DNA from: the human T2T-CHM13v2.0 reference genome, Homo sapiens
Assembly (NCBI RefSeq): GCF_009914755.1
Contig: NC_060938.1
DNA: 64,000 nt
Strand: one strand, 5' to 3'
The notes below the pieces were generated by a model. It was not told the DNA's origin. It searched no databases and saw only the letters and a program-made list of their open reading frames with translations. This document shows positions 13,100 through 26,958 of the stretch, piece after piece (positions within the stretch are counted from its first letter, which is position 1; every line of letters begins with the position of its first letter). The translations under genes were made by a program, and so were the position numbers.

Positions 13100-13945
13100 C
13101 TATAACACTGTGTTCCTTTACATCTCTCAGAATATCAGCTATAGTTTCATTGAATTTGTTCCTTTGCTCCCTGGATTCTCTCTCTTTGCTGTGAGGTCTT
13201 GTTTTCATGTTAGTTTCTGTTTTTCATATTTTATGAGGCTAGACTGTTGAATGGAACTCTTTATCCATGTGTAAGACCATTAGGCCTCCACATAGGGAGA
13301 TCCTGGATCTTCACAGGGAAGCCATCTTACCCTAGGTACAAGCACCCATAGGAGGGTATGTGAACTGGCTGCAGGAATTTTTGGAACAGATTTGAAGAAA
13401 GGGATAGAAGCTGTCAATATTCAGTGGTTCATAGATTTTTCACTAAGTCTTCCTTTTCTGTGGGAACCTCATATTCACCCTGTTTTGCTTGTATCCCTGA
13501 ACTGTAAAGCTCTGGCATTCAATACTTTCAGCGAATATTTCCAGGGGTAGGTGGCTGGCTAGGAGGGAAGGGGGAATGAAGTGAGGGGTCCCTAGTGGAA
13601 GGTTTTTTTTTTTTTATGGATTTTTAACATCATCCTCTGTTAGCCTGATGTGTCTTCCTTATCTTCTAAAATACATGTACTTTCAAATGCTAAGCTGCTG
13701 TGGTCTATTGACATCAACCTGCTCAAGACCTGTGTTTCAGCTGTTTCAGGTACATTGTCAATTACCATGCCTCTACTTGTTTTTCATTCTTCCAAAAATA
13801 ATTTCACATCTTGCTATGTTTTTCTCCTTCCATTCCTTACATCCCAGTGTGTGTATATATTTTCCTCTTATTCACTCTCATTAGTGATGTTTGAAGAGGT
13901 CTTAGAGATGAATGCATATCACTCATCCACCACGATTAACTACAA
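13100..13945 (-). mobile_element. Ancient L1ME/HAL1-like 5' region
   Basis: End agagatgaatgcatatcactcatccaccacgattaac resembles the reverse complement of old L1M/HAL1 5' termini; highly diverged. Confidence 0.35.
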
Positions 13946-14251
13946 TATCCCAGGTATTCACACTTCTTTTTCTCATGAAACCATGAAAATGCCTGGCAAA
14001 TAGAAGTTATTGATAAAATATTTGTAAGTTAAATTGAATCAAATGGAATTGAATGTGACCTAGTTTGGAAAATTATGAATAACCAATTTAACCAAACATT
14101 ATAATTTAGTAAAATTAAAATTACTACAGAATGACTTGTGAAAAAACACATTTTTTCTTGAATTGTATAAATTTACTGCTAATGTAGCCAAAGTACATGA
14201 ATAAGAAAGCCACTGGAAATAAAGACATTTAGTCAAAAAGATCTAGAATCC

Positions 14252-14549
14252 AGCTTAGGTGCAGTGGTTCAAGCCTGTACTTTGAAGGGCTGAGGCAGGA
14301 GGATTGCTTGAGGGCAAGAGTTCAAGACCAGCCTAGGCAACATAGAGAGACCTCCCAGGTCTGTAACAAATAAGACAAATTAACCAGGCAGGATGGCGTC
14401 TGCCTGTAGTCCTAGCTACTTGGGAGGCTGAGTCAGGAGATTGCTTGAGCCCAGGAGATCGAGCCTGCAGTGAGTTATGATTGCACCACTGCACTCCAGC
14501 CTGAGCAACAGAATGAGATCCTGTCTCTAAATCAATCAATCACATGTAA
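14252..14549 (+). mobile_element. AluJ SINE
   Basis: J diagnostics ggaggattgcttgag and gagcctgcagtgagttatgattg; TSD atctagaatcc at 14241-14251 and 14550-14560. Confidence 0.93.
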
Positions 14550-14959
14550 ATCTAGAATCCTAGTGCACCCATGAGTACATATTCACCACCATTCATGTTC
14601 TTCCCTTGTGGTAAGATTGTTGCCTGAAAGCTGCAGCCCAGGCATTGAATACATTCATTGTCCCCCCTGCATCCTCCTTAAGACATTGTGACTCAGTTCT
14701 AAACAACAAAGTATAGAATTAATCAATATATGATACAGCCAGTTTTAACCCATAAAAAATTAATTTCTTCTTTAGACTGGATATTAATGTCCAGGAAAGC
14801 CACATGTTGAAAATCATGAGCCTACATTAGACTTAGTTGCCTGCACAGAGGACAGTTCCCTCATCCCCAACTCCTTAGCCAATTGGGCAAAATAGGAATA
14901 CAAAATCAACTTCTGTTATCATATGGCATTAGGACTCAAGGGTTTATTTATTACTAGCA

Positions 14960-15070
14960 TTGCTGGTAATAAATATACAAATACAAAAAAATACAAATAC
15001 AAAATAATGATACAAATAATACAAATATATTTGTAATAATAATAAATACAAAATAATTAAAATACAAAAG
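14960..15070. repeat. (AAATAC)-like A-rich low-complexity tract
   Basis: Repeated aaatac/aataat units. Confidence 0.7.
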
Positions 15071-15245
15071 AAATTCAGTATGTTTTTAATAGGAAATGAA
15101 CAAGTGTTGGTTTGAAAATGCATTAGTATATAATATACAAACACTTAGTATATAAGAAACTTAGCAAAGTCCATCTGTGTTCCTTAGTGATGATTTCCAC
15201 TAGGGAATTCCAGAAGGGAAAGCATTTTGATTAAAATGTTTAAAA

Positions 15246-15479
15246 ATAAGTGGGAGTTGAACAATGAGAACATATGGGCACAGGGAGGGGAACATCACAC
15301 ACTGAGGCTTGTCGGGGATGGGGAGCAAGGGGAGGGATAGCATTAGGAGAAACACCGAATGTAGATGACGGGTTGATGGGTGCAGCAAACCACCATGGTA
15401 CATGTATACCTATGTAACAAACCTGCACGTTCTGCACATTCTGCACATGGATCCCAGAACTTAAGTATAATTTAAAAAA
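15246..15479 (+). mobile_element. L1PA7-like 5'-truncated LINE (3'UTR only)
   Basis: gggatagcattaggagaaa...gtagatgacgggttgatgggtgcagcaaaccaccatgg...cccagaacttaagtataa; possible TSD aaaatgttta/aaaatattta. Confidence 0.9.
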
Positions 15480-16483
15480 TATTTATTTCTCTTTATTTCA
15501 GTGTGTACGTGTGTGTGTGTGCATGTACTCACAGGCATGTGCACATTTGGATGTTGTTTTTTATAATGTAGATTTTTTCCCACTTAAAAAGACAAATCTT
15601 AAAAAAATTAAATCTTTCCTTGAGGTGGAGGTCACAAGTTATTGGCACAAAATCCAGATAGAGACTCTAAATATTATTTAATTGAATAAAATTGGAAGCT
15701 ATTAAGAAACTTCACATCCAAATCTGAGATGTTCAGCTTTTGCTTAAAATGCAAAGATCTGACAAGCTTGCTGCATTCCAGCATGGCTGCAATCAACAGG
15801 AGCCAACTAGCTTCTACCTTGATGGGGCAATCGCTCACTCAACGTATGCCTGCCCCCTTGTACCAGGCCTCACTATGTTACCTGTCTAGTCCCAATAGGA
15901 ATTTGGATTGCAACCACTGTTTCAGTTATGCCAATTAGCTGGAACATTTAGTCACAAAACTAAATACCTTAAGTTTGTTTTGTGGCATTTTAATTTTATA
16001 ATTTTTATACAGATCATTATTATCTATCGTGCTTGTACCTGTGATTATTTTAGTGTAAGAGAGATAGATTTCTATTATCGTACCTGCATATTAGTTCATA
16101 TTGAGAAAAAATAAACATCTGTTACATTTCATCTTATCTACTTATTTGCTAAGGGAAAACATGAAGCAGTGGTTGTGTTTCATCTTGAAATGGATAGTAA
16201 ATTTAAGAAATATAAACTGTTAGCCATATGTTAACGTACATGAGTCTAATAGGAAGAATATGTGTATTATGGATCAAATTTCCAAAGGTATTTGGAAGAA
16301 GTTGTCATCAACTCACACACCATGTGCCCAAATTTCTAAATATTCTTAATAACTATTTCAGATGTGAACATGGGGAAATCAGTGTCTGTTTACTTTTATT
16401 TAGTGTTTAAAATAAAAGTGACTTTATTTATTTTCTTTTTAAAATTATTGCCTCTCCAGGATCTGGGAAATTCTCCATTATAC

Positions 16484-16930
16484 AAGTCAGAATGTGCTGA
16501 GCTTCAAGTAATAGAAAACATGAGTTCAAAGGCCTAAGAAAACAAGAGTTTATTTTCCTTACATTATAAGAAGTCTGTATCTTGTTTCTGCTGGCATTGA
16601 TTCAAGGGCTCAATATGATCAACATTTGCATCTCTGTTATTTTCCAATTCCTGTTACAGTCAAAAGATGATTGCTACAACTCTAAACCTCATACCCACGT
16701 TCATAGCAGGGTAAGAGGAGGAAGAGATAAAACCAGTTGAAATTATCTTTAATATCAGGAAAAGCAAAATATCCTCATACATGTATCAGCATAATTCAAC
16801 ATATGTTTCATTGGCTATAAATATTTTAGATGGCCACTCCTAACTCAAAAAGAGGGTTGGAGTGAAAGTATTTAGAGATGATGGTCAAGGGAAAGAGACA
16901 AGAATGGATGTCCAGTTAGCCAACCTATCT
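16484..16930 (-). mobile_element. Old MaLR solo LTR (MLT1J/K-like)
   Basis: gcttcaagtaatagaaaac...tttattttccttacatta...aagatgattgctacaactcta...ttcattggct...gatggccactcctaact. Confidence 0.6.
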
Positions 16931-16951
16931 GAACATGCCTAGAAATGCATA

Positions 16952-17434
16952 CGTAGTGATGGGGAGGCACAAACCACCTACCATAGAATCTGAAAGCACC
17001 ATATACAAACTTACCCAGTCAATCTTGCCAAGCAGTTTCTCCCACTTCAGTCTTTTGACTGGTGTTTGCTAAGGAGCAGAGATGGTGGAGCATTCATTCT
17101 ACCAGTAGCAGTCACACTGAAATTCTAGGACCAGCAGTATCAAAAATGGCTACAGACCAGTGGGCATGTTGAAAGTAACATAGTTATAACAAGGAGTGAT
17201 CAGCATCATTGACACTAGACTGTTTTGTAGCATGGTTTTGCTGTGGTCCTGGCTACTACTCACTCTTTCTTACTTTTTGCCCATTTCTCATGCCTAATTC
17301 TATAGCTTTCCTGGGTATTCTGTGAATTACCCATATTCTTTTGTTAAATCCATTTTTCTGCTTCATGAATCCAAGGATGAGAACATAAAAATTTGTACAC
17401 ATAGTTGTTGCAAGCCAAAGATATTCAGATAAAT
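16952..17434 (+). mobile_element. ERVL LTR (LTR33-like), probable 5' LTR of the following internal region
   Basis: 3' part ctgtgaattacccatattctttt...tttctgctt...gttgttgcaagccaaaga resembles old ERVL LTR ends; directly followed by ERVL internal sequence. Confidence 0.5.
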
Positions 17435-19601
17435 AAGGAGAATCTAGGATTTGTTATTTGGAAGCTAGAGGAAACTAAAGGCAATTTAAAAAATCTAATA
17501 AGGTTAAGGGATGGGTAGTGGTAGTCTAGAATGTAAATGTCAAATGACAAACCAATTACATTATTATCAATGATGACCTGGAAAGAAGTGCCTGTTGATG
17601 GTAAGCTTTAAAGAGCCAATAGACATGAGAAATAGAATTCAAGACTGTAGAATGGGTTTTATGTATCAATCATACTTCAATAATTTGGTTTAAAAAAGAC
17701 TGCAAGGTAGAAGATTTACTCCACTGGGCCTATATAACTAAAATAAATAGTCTGGTAAGTTCAAATTTCTGTGTCTTTGTTCTGTGGTTTTGGTTCCAGT
17801 GTAGTCAGGAAACTAAAAGATCCCTGTGACTTCTCTGAAAGAGCCCTTTATCTCCTGGAGCCACTAAACTAAGGCAAAACCCAGACACAAAATTTGCTTC
17901 TGTGGGTTGCCAAATTATAATGTTAATTGAATTCACAGCTCCTCATAGGAAATTTAGGGCACTCATCAGGAAACAATGGGCCTATGATCTTTAGGAAATT
18001 GGCTTACACGAAGTCTCAGAGAATTGTGAATACCAAAACACAATCCACTCTTTGAATTTTTTGATAGCAAGAGTAGTGACTCTTCAAAATTTAATGAGGC
18101 TGTTCCCTGCCTTGGTTGAAAATCTTGGAAGGTTTGAAATAAGTACGTATAATTATTTGGGGGTTTGACAAAATAATGAGGAGCTTATAGGAACCCATTT
18201 GGATGGCTGATGACATGAGATTTGGAAGTGAATAATGTAAGTGGAGCTCTAAGAATTGACTCAGTGTAGGGAAATTTATGTCTTATATGAATCTTTACGA
18301 AAATGTCCTCACGTCAACAGAGGTTACTATTAATCAGGAGGTTAAAAGGACCCTTACAGTAATATCAGCTAGTATTACTTCCAACTACCTTAGAAATTTC
18401 TTAACAGGGTCGTGGACAATTTAACTATGGTAGTAAGACTGTATAGGCTCAACTACTTTGATCTCTGAAGCAAAGACTCACCTATCCAGTGCTCCTGCTG
18501 CCTGATCTAATTTCCAGGAGCAAAGCAAAAACTGAGACCCACTATTGCAGTGTACATCCAGGAGACCAGATAATCAACCAGTGTCATGTTACCTCTTTCA
18601 CCATGGTGGAAACAACAGTTTACCCTTAGTGAAAAAGTCATATTCTGGATTTTCTTTTGCTTTTTTCCACCCAACAGGTGAACTACATATTTTAAAAACA
18701 ATAATAGCATCCTACACAACATTATTGTTGATTTTGGGACACTCTGTATCAGTAAGCAAAGAAATGAACACCTAATAAAATGATAAATAAATAAAGGGAA
18801 ATATATTGTTGCACATCAGTGTTGTGGGTCTTTTCATATACCCATGACTCAGAAACAGCTGACCATATGAAAAAACCAGAATAGCTTTTAAAGTCTTCGT
18901 TATGGCATGACTGTTAGATAAGATTTCGTGGTGAAGGTGATAGGCTCTGAACCACAGCTGATTTATGCTTCTGTTTTCTCCACAGTCAGTATTCACAGAT
19001 ACAGCAACTAAAGAGTAGATGTGGGAGTGCCACATCTTCCTGTTATATATAATGATCTACTCACATATGTCTGCTTTGCTTCCCAATGACTCTGGACTTT
19101 TACAGTTCAGAGGCTTTATTACCCTAAGAGAGAAAACCGTCCCTCAGTGGAAAACAGGACTCAGATCTATTAAATTGGCAGGTAAATTACCACTTGTCAT
19201 TTTGTGCTCTCCATGCCAACAGATGAACAGAAAAAAAGGGTATAAGAGTGTTGTCGGATATGATTGACTCTGAACGTCAAGGTGAGATAGAATTGTTGCC
19301 CTACAGTGGACACAGGAAGGAATAGGGATGCAACCCAAGGTTTACCTTATTATGTTCCAGAACTGTCTTGTTTAGTCTAAGAGTTAATAAAATTCTGTAG
19401 CAACTCTACACAGATGGGAACAATAAGAGACCCAAAATTCTTGATATAAAGGTTGGAATCACCCTGCTCTAAAATAAACAGCAATAAGCTGAGATCTTTG
19501 TTGAAAACAACTAAAAATTTTTAAAAGCACTCGCTAGTTGAGGAGGTAAATCATAAATTCTAAAGATGTGCTTATGAGTAGCTCTGAAAATGAGAGCTAT
19601 A
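17435..19601 (+). mobile_element. Internally deleted ancient ERV-L internal region (gag, integrase and dUTPase remnants)
   Basis: gag-like ttgaattcacagct...tagggcactcatcaggaaacaatggg near 17930-17980; IN-like SYSGFSFAF in ORF 18545..18775; dUTPase motif-3-like IRVLSDMIDSERQGEIELL from 19242; C-terminal region ending near 19601; many stops and frameshifts. Confidence 0.75.
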
Positions 19602-20039
19602 ATCCATATATTTTGCACATGCTTGTGTGTGTGGGGGGGACTATTTGATTTAAACTCAGCCTAAAATCATAATCATTTAACTAGATAACCTAATGAATCT
19701 AGATTATTCCTGATGCCAAGAGTTTATCATGCCACTGCATTTCAAAAGGTGGTGAGTTTTACAGAAAACTCTGATGTCATTGAATAGCTATTATCGGGGC
19801 ATGTACCTTGAGTTGTTTCAGGTGGGTCAGGACGTTTGCACTGAGTCCTCAGCATTTTCATACCTGATTCCACTGTGGCTAACAGCATGAAAATAAAAGT
19901 TGGGGAGATATTAAGATAAATTTACCAGATTTTTCAGAAACCAATGATTTCTCTAGGGAAATAAACTCAAGTTGTTGGCTTTAAGAATATTAGGCTCTAA
20001 CCAACTGGAGTAATTAATGGGTCACACATAAATGTAGTA

Positions 20040-20320
20040 GTAGTAGCAGTTCTTACACTTGTGTGTAGTTTAATAGCTTATAAAGTTCTAATATATGGAT
20101 TACCTTGGTGGTTCTTTTAAGAAATAGGCACATCAGCCTATGACTTGTTCTATGCTATGTTCTTGTTCTGTTCTATGTTCTTGTTCTCGTTCACCATATT
20201 TGTTCTAGAGATGATAAAACAAGGCCAGGAGATTATGATCAAGGTCATAAAGCTCATAAATGAAGAAGCTTAAACTGGAATTTGTGGTTTAGAAGCCGCA
20301 TCAATTTTTTCACTATGTGA
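20040..20320 (-). mobile_element. MIR fragment
   Basis: tagagatgataaaacaaggccaggagattatgatcaaggtcataaagctcataaatgaagaagct. Confidence 0.55.
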
Positions 20321-20651
20321 AATTGATGGAGTTATAAACATACTGGAAAAAAATGCAATTGACCATTATAAATAAACTCATGCTTCACTGCATGAAAGTT
20401 CTCCAGAGTTGTTCTTGAAATTAAACATTAGCATATTCATGATTTTGGAAATAGCAGTGATTAAATATAATTGTGAGTAACTTTTTCATGCCCCCTTTTC
20501 ATTCTGAATTGGATGACTATGGAGGCCCAGAAAAGGGTTTTAATTTGAGCATAAGGAAAAATGTTGGTTTGGTTTCACTTTTAATAATAGCACTAAAATC
20601 TTTGATTGTTCTTAGTCCAAAATAATTCACACAATCCTGTTTAAGAATATA

Positions 20652-20661
20652 TGTGTGGGGT

Positions 20662-20693
<32 letters not shown>
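20652..20693. repeat. (TG)n microsatellite
   Basis: Directly visible, interrupted. Confidence 0.95.
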
Positions 20694-22561
20694 ATTGACC
20701 CAACAACTAATGTTTGGGGGAAATTATCACTTGGAGTCATTTCATAAATCAACTGTGATATTTTCCCAGATAATTTTAAATGGTTATTAGGAACTCTTTT
20801 TAGTATTATTGTATGCAAAAAGCTCTCACTGATCTCCCATTTATTTTAACACAAACAAGAAACAGAAGAAAGCCTAGCCTTACCTCCAAATTCTGGAGTA
20901 GGTCTTGTCCTAAGCTCCAGGACCAGAGAAGAGTACCCAGCTGAATACTGATGAAGTGGTAAAATTGAAGGAAACGTATTTGTCTTACAATATCCTGTAA
21001 TTCTCAAAATGAAGAAGCAAAAGGCATGCTAATAAAGAACAAGCAAATTAAAAATTCTTAAGTAAGAATATTTTGTCTTTCTTTACAGGAACAGTTTCTT
21101 TTCCATTTCAATTGACATAAATATAAAATGCTTTTCTTTAACTGAGTATCCACATTGATTTTGCTTTATGATCCATGCATCTTCTCTGTGACTTCATTCC
21201 CCTCACTAAGATCACAAATAAGTCAAAATCCATCCATTCTGTAGAGTAGTTTCAATTTTCATGATGGATCACACAGTTTTGACCAGAATACTAACAGTAA
21301 TTCTCTTCTTTGTGTTAGCTCTATAAGAAACAACCTTCATTAATTGACATTGTTCTTTTCAAAACCTGAGGCTTAAGATTTTATGTTAGATGTTGACTGA
21401 CCATGCATTTCAAATACCTTCTTATTTTACTGAAAAGGTTCAGAGGATGTTACCTATAAATGAATTTCAGACCTTGGAAAACAATGTGGTTAAAAAGATA
21501 GCATAGATGCCTAGGTGAGACCTGAATTAACTAGGCATTTTGAGAGTGCTGAACGTTTACATTTCAGCACATCTAATTAACCTTGTAGGTATTACATTCC
21601 AGTCGATTCAGGGAAACTCATACACATGCATGAAAAAATCATTGCCACAATGAAAGGGTGAGCGTTTCACACTTATACCCTACAGGCAGTTTCCTTTCTC
21701 TAGAATTAAATACTCATCAAGCTGCATATTAGAATTCACTTGAAACTTTTCCAATACGTGTTTCTTTTCTTTCATGTCTTTTGACTTTCAGCTCCCAGTG
21801 AAAATGAAAAATGGAGACTGTGAAGAACCTAAAAGAAAAAATCTGACCATATTCTCAACCACAAACATAAGGAAAACATAGTATTCAGACTTCATGAAAC
21901 TTTGTTTTCATCAAATTTACTCCCTTACAGACTTATCCCTCTATTTCTAGTCTAGGAAACAATACTTAATGTTCATTTTAATAAGCAAAATTTTTATGTT
22001 AAAAGCTTTACTCAATACTTTATCTTCCAACATGGAGTACAAATAATGTCATTACATGCCTATAGCAAGCCCTGTTCATAAACTGGTGCTTGTTAAACTG
22101 ATTTCTGAAAAGGTAAATACTCATTTGGAGAATTTTTTCCATGTGCTCTGTGTAACTTTTAAAGTCAACTTGGAATTCAAAGTCAGACTTAACAATATGA
22201 TACTCTTGGTTTACTGTATAATGAATTCCAGGCCACAAAGAAACAATGATTTTCTAAAACTATGTATAAGATTATTGAGTTCAGTGTGAGAATTCTAAAA
22301 AAATCCATTTTATATACAAAATTACTTGATTTCATCAAACAAAAATATTGGATCAAAAAGTCACCCTAATGTCTTTGACACTTCTAAGTGATCAACTAAC
22401 AACTGCTTTGCTAATTTAGTCAGTTACACAAAACTTGTAATTCAGATGGTCAAGAAACTTAACCACAAAATAGACAACTGTAGCCTTTGTCTACACAGAC
22501 TATGCAAAATATAAGACATTTTTTCCATGAAGAAAATGCAGAATTCTGAACATACACTTAA

Positions 22562-22928
22562 TGTATTAATCTGTTCTCACATTGCTATAAAGATATTACC
22601 TGAGACTGGGTAATTTATAAACAAAGGAGGTTTAATTGACTCAGTTCTGCATGGCTGGGGAGACCTAGGAAAACTTACCATCATGGCAGAAGGCCAAGGA
22701 GAAGCAAGGCACTTCTTACATGGCAGCAGAAGAGAGAGAGAACAAAGAGGGAACTGCCAAACATTTTTAAAACCATCAACTCTCATAGGAACTCCCTCAC
22801 TATCATGAGAACAGCATGGGGGAAACCACCCCATAATCTAACTACTTCCCACTAGGTTACTCTCTCAACACATGGGGATTACAATTTGAGATGAGATTTT
22901 GGTGGGGACACAGAGCCAAACCATATTA
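22562..22928 (-). mobile_element. THE1D-like MaLR solo LTR
   Basis: tgtattaatctgttctcacattgctataaaga...ggtggggacacagagccaaaccatatta, 367 bp. Confidence 0.92.
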
Positions 22929-24339
22929 GCTATGAGAGAACACTTATTCAAGAATGGCTTTGTTGTTCTTAATGTTTATTTTATTGAAGGTTTGGTATTA
23001 CTATTTTGTTTGCTTTTTTGTGATTTTGTTTTGATTTTACTGTCAGTGTGGGCTATTAACCTTTTTGATTACCTATATTTTAGTACCAAAGGTAACATCA
23101 CTTTGTAAATGTTTTTTCTCCAATTGTCATTTAAAGATATCTAGGACTAAATATATGATGCTCACATTTTTCGGAAACAGTGAATACCACAAATACTTTT
23201 GAACAGAAATAGAAAAACAGAAAAAAAGAGGTGCGAGAGTCTATGTAAAGCTAAAAGTGAGATAGAATTTTTCCCCAATCAAAATACAGAAAAATACTTT
23301 AATCTCTTCAAATTTTAGGCAAAAATATTTCTTAGTGGGAAACTGTCTTCTTAATCTCTTTGAAAACAATTTTTTCCTCCTCTCTAGCTATTTTTCTAAG
23401 ATAGATCTAGTGTGCATATCAGAGAAGTAAACACTGTATTCTGCAGATACCATATAACACACACAGCAATTTGTATGATAATTTTTTTCTTGATTGCAGT
23501 TTACTCTTTAAAAATGCAAATTGTGTAATTACTGCCAAAAAATGTTCTCCATGTGTAACAACAAAAAAAGATACAAAAACTGCTATAAATTTTGCAGAAT
23601 AATGGGCATACAGATGAAAAAAAAGGAGTGCACAATATTAGATAAGACCATTATGGAGGAAAAATACACTAGGTTCAAAATCCTTGAAGTTAGAAGTTTC
23701 TAGGTTGTTGCTGATTACTCACCCCAACTATTCCAAAAACTAATGTAGCAGGTTCAGTGTGATTTTTTAAAATTTTCTTCGATAAATTACCCAAATTTTA
23801 TCAATTAGAACAAAACGATATTCGTAAGTTTAAACTTAAGCATTCAAGCCTGCACTACCTGACCTTGAGCTATAAGCATCAGAAAAATCAGATGTAATTA
23901 CTGTACAATTGTACAAATAGTTGAAAATGTGGTTCCTCAGTCAATACTGAATATGTGACCACTATATAGATTCTCCACATATTTTTTTTATCAATTTCAT
24001 TTTACTAGGGGGAAGTAGACTAGTTTATTCACCTGTGTGGTCATAAACACCTAAGTTAGTAGTGTAAGAGCTAAGATTTCCTGAGCACCTGTTGAGCAAA
24101 AATGGCCAAACTCTGTGTTCAGTGAATTGTAAAGCTTTATATTATCAGATCATTTATAATTCCCAATTGGGAAGTATGACTAGCATCCAATTTACAGAAA
24201 AGATCTGTATCACAAAGCAGGTGATTAAGAGATATGTCACAAATTCCACATTTAACCATACATCTCTCATCCAGCATCCTGCACCCATACTGTTATAACT
24301 AATACCTAGTTCCTCCGCCAGGGGACTACGAGCCCCAGT

Positions 24340-24510
24340 AACCACTTGGTTTTGCTGAGCACATGGGCAAGGTAATTAATTGGTGTTTGCCTTAGTCACT
24401 CTCATCTGATAAATGGAAAAGCTAATGCAGTCACTTGCTAATTCATGGAGGAGCTGTGAAAAATTATATGTGAGCATTAAAAAAGATGTATTATATAAAT
24501 GTAAACTATA
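24340..24510 (+). mobile_element. MIR fragment
   Basis: atgggcaaggtaattaat...gccttagtcactctcatctgataaatggaaaagctaat. Confidence 0.55.
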
Positions 24511-24552
24511 GACATTTTCCTAAATGATATAGACTTTCTCATTTGCATGATA

Positions 24553-26852
24553 TTTTTATTTTTAATTTTTCTGTATACATAGGTGTATATGTTTATGGAT
24601 ACATAGGAGGTGTATATGTATATGTATAAGGTATGTGAGATATTTTGCTACAGGCATCCAATGTATAATAATTACATTTTGGTAAGTGGAGTATCCATCA
24701 CCTCAAGCATTTATCCTTTGTGTTACAAACAATGCAATTATACTCTCTTTGTTATTTTTAAATGTACAATAAATTATTGTTGACTGTAGTTACCCTGTTG
24801 GGCTATCAAATACTAGATCTTATTCATTCTATCTAAGTATATTTTTGTACACATTTACCATTTCCATAGCCTTCCCCACCCCACTACCCTTCCCTGTCTC
24901 TTGTAACCATCCTTTTACTCTCCATGTCCATGAGTTCAATTTTTTTTTATTTTTAAGTCCCACAACTATGTGATAACATATGATGTTTGTATTTCTGTGC
25001 CTGGCTTATTTCACTTAACATACTGACCTCCACTTCCATCTAGGTTGTTGCAAATAAGAGAATCTCATTCTTTTTATGGCTGAATCATACTCCATTGTCT
25101 ATATGTACTACATTTTCTTTATCCATTTTTCTGTTGATGGATACTTAGTTTGTTTCCAAATCTTGGCTACTGTGAACAGTGCTTCAATAAACATGGTAGT
25201 GCAGATATTTCTTCAATATGCTGATTTCCTTGCTTTTGGGTATATACCAACCAGTGAGATTGCTGGATCATAGAGTAGCTCTATTTTTAATTGTTTGAGG
25301 AAGCTACAAACTGCTCTCCATAGTGGTTTTACTAATCTACATTTCCACAAACAGTGTATAAGGGTTCTCTTTTCTCCACATTCTTGCCAGCGTTTGTTGT
25401 TGACTGTTTTTTTGAATAAAAGCCATTTTATCTGAGGTGAGAAGATATCTCATTGTAGTTTGAATTTTTCATTTCTTTGATAATCAGTGATGTTGAGTCC
25501 CTTTTCATATGTCTGTTTACCATTAGTATGTCTTTTGATAAATGTCTATTCAGATCTTTTGCACATCATGTAAGTGGATTATTAGGTTTTTTTCCTATTG
25601 GGTTGTTTGAGCTCCTTATATATTCTGGTTATTTGTCCCTTGTCAGATAGATAGTTTGTAAATATTTTCTCCCATTCTGTGGATTGTCTTTTCACTTTGC
25701 TGATTATAACCTTTGCTGTGCAGAAGCTTTTTAACTTGCTGTGATCCCATTTGTCCGTTTTTGCTTTAGTTGCCTGTGCTTGTGGAACAGTACCCAAGAA
25801 ATCTTTGCCCAGACCAATGTCCTGAAGAGTTTCCCCAGTATTTCATAGTTTAAGGTCTTAGATTTAAGTATTTAATCCATTTTGATTTAATTCTCATACA
25901 TAGTGAGAGATAGGGGTCTAGTTTCATGTTTCTGCATATGAATATCCAGTTTTCCTAGCACCATTTATTGAAGGAACTGTCCTATCCCCAATGTATATTC
26001 TGGCACCTTTGTCAAAAATGAGTTCACTCTAGAGGTATAAACTTGTTTCTGGGTTCTTTGTTCTGTCCCATTGGTCTATGTGTCTGTTTTTATGCCAGAA
26101 CCATGCTGTTTTGGTTACCATAGCTCTGTAGTATGATTTGAAGTCAGCTAATGTGATTCCTACAAGTTTTGTTGTTTTCATATAGGATAGTTTTGGCTAT
26201 TCTGAGTCTTTTGTGGTTCCATATAAATTGTAAGACTTTAAAAAAATTCTGTGAAAAATGTTATTGATATTTTGATATGGATTACATTGAATCTGTAGAT
26301 TACTTTGGGTAGTGTGAACATTTTAAACATATTGATTCTTTCAATTCATGAACATGGAATATTTTTTTCATATTTCATGTTTTCTTCAATTTTGCTGCAA
26401 TGTTCAACAGTTTTCATTGTACGGATCTTTTGCTTCTTTGGTTAAGTTTATATCTAGGTATTTGATTTTATTTGCAGCTATAATAAATGGGTTATTTTTT
26501 TATTTCTTTTTCAGATTATTCACTGTTGACATATAGAAATATTACTGATTTCTGCATGTTGATTTTGTATTCTGCACTGAATTTGTTTAACAGTTCTAAT
26601 AGTTTTTTGTTGTAATCTTTAGTTTTTTTTCAAGTGTAAGATCATGTCATCTGCAAATAAGGATAATTTGACTTCTTCCTTTCCAAGTTGGATGCCCTTT
26701 ATTTATTTCTCTTGTCTGATTGCTCAGGTTAGGACTTTCAGTACTATGTTGAATATCAGTGGTTAAAGTGAGCATCCTTGTTATGTTCCAGGTCTTAGAG
26801 AAAATGCTTTCAGTCTTTCCCTATTTAGTATGATATCAGCTGTGCATCTGTT
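24553..26852 (-). mobile_element. L1MA2-like 5'-truncated LINE (about 2.3 kb)
   Basis: L1MA1-3 3'UTR gtatccatcacctcaagcatttatcctttgtgttacaaacaat; ORF2 remnant ORF 25582..25797 (KLKSFCTAK...EWEKIF); degenerate TSD catttgcatgatattttt/cacttgcattattttt. Confidence 0.9.
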
Positions 26853-26958
26853 CACTTGCATTATTTTTGATGCACGAGTTTAAAGCATTAAATATTGTGT
26901 ATAATAAAAATATTGTCTTTTAGATCAAACACAGATAACCAAACTCTGAATTGATAGC

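Noticed and set aside
21507-21570. Two adjacent 8-bp hairpins (atgcctag/ctaggcat and gtgctgaa/ttcagcac)
   Set aside because: Stems this short are expected by chance in 64 kb, and there are no snoRNA, tRNA or miRNA hallmarks.
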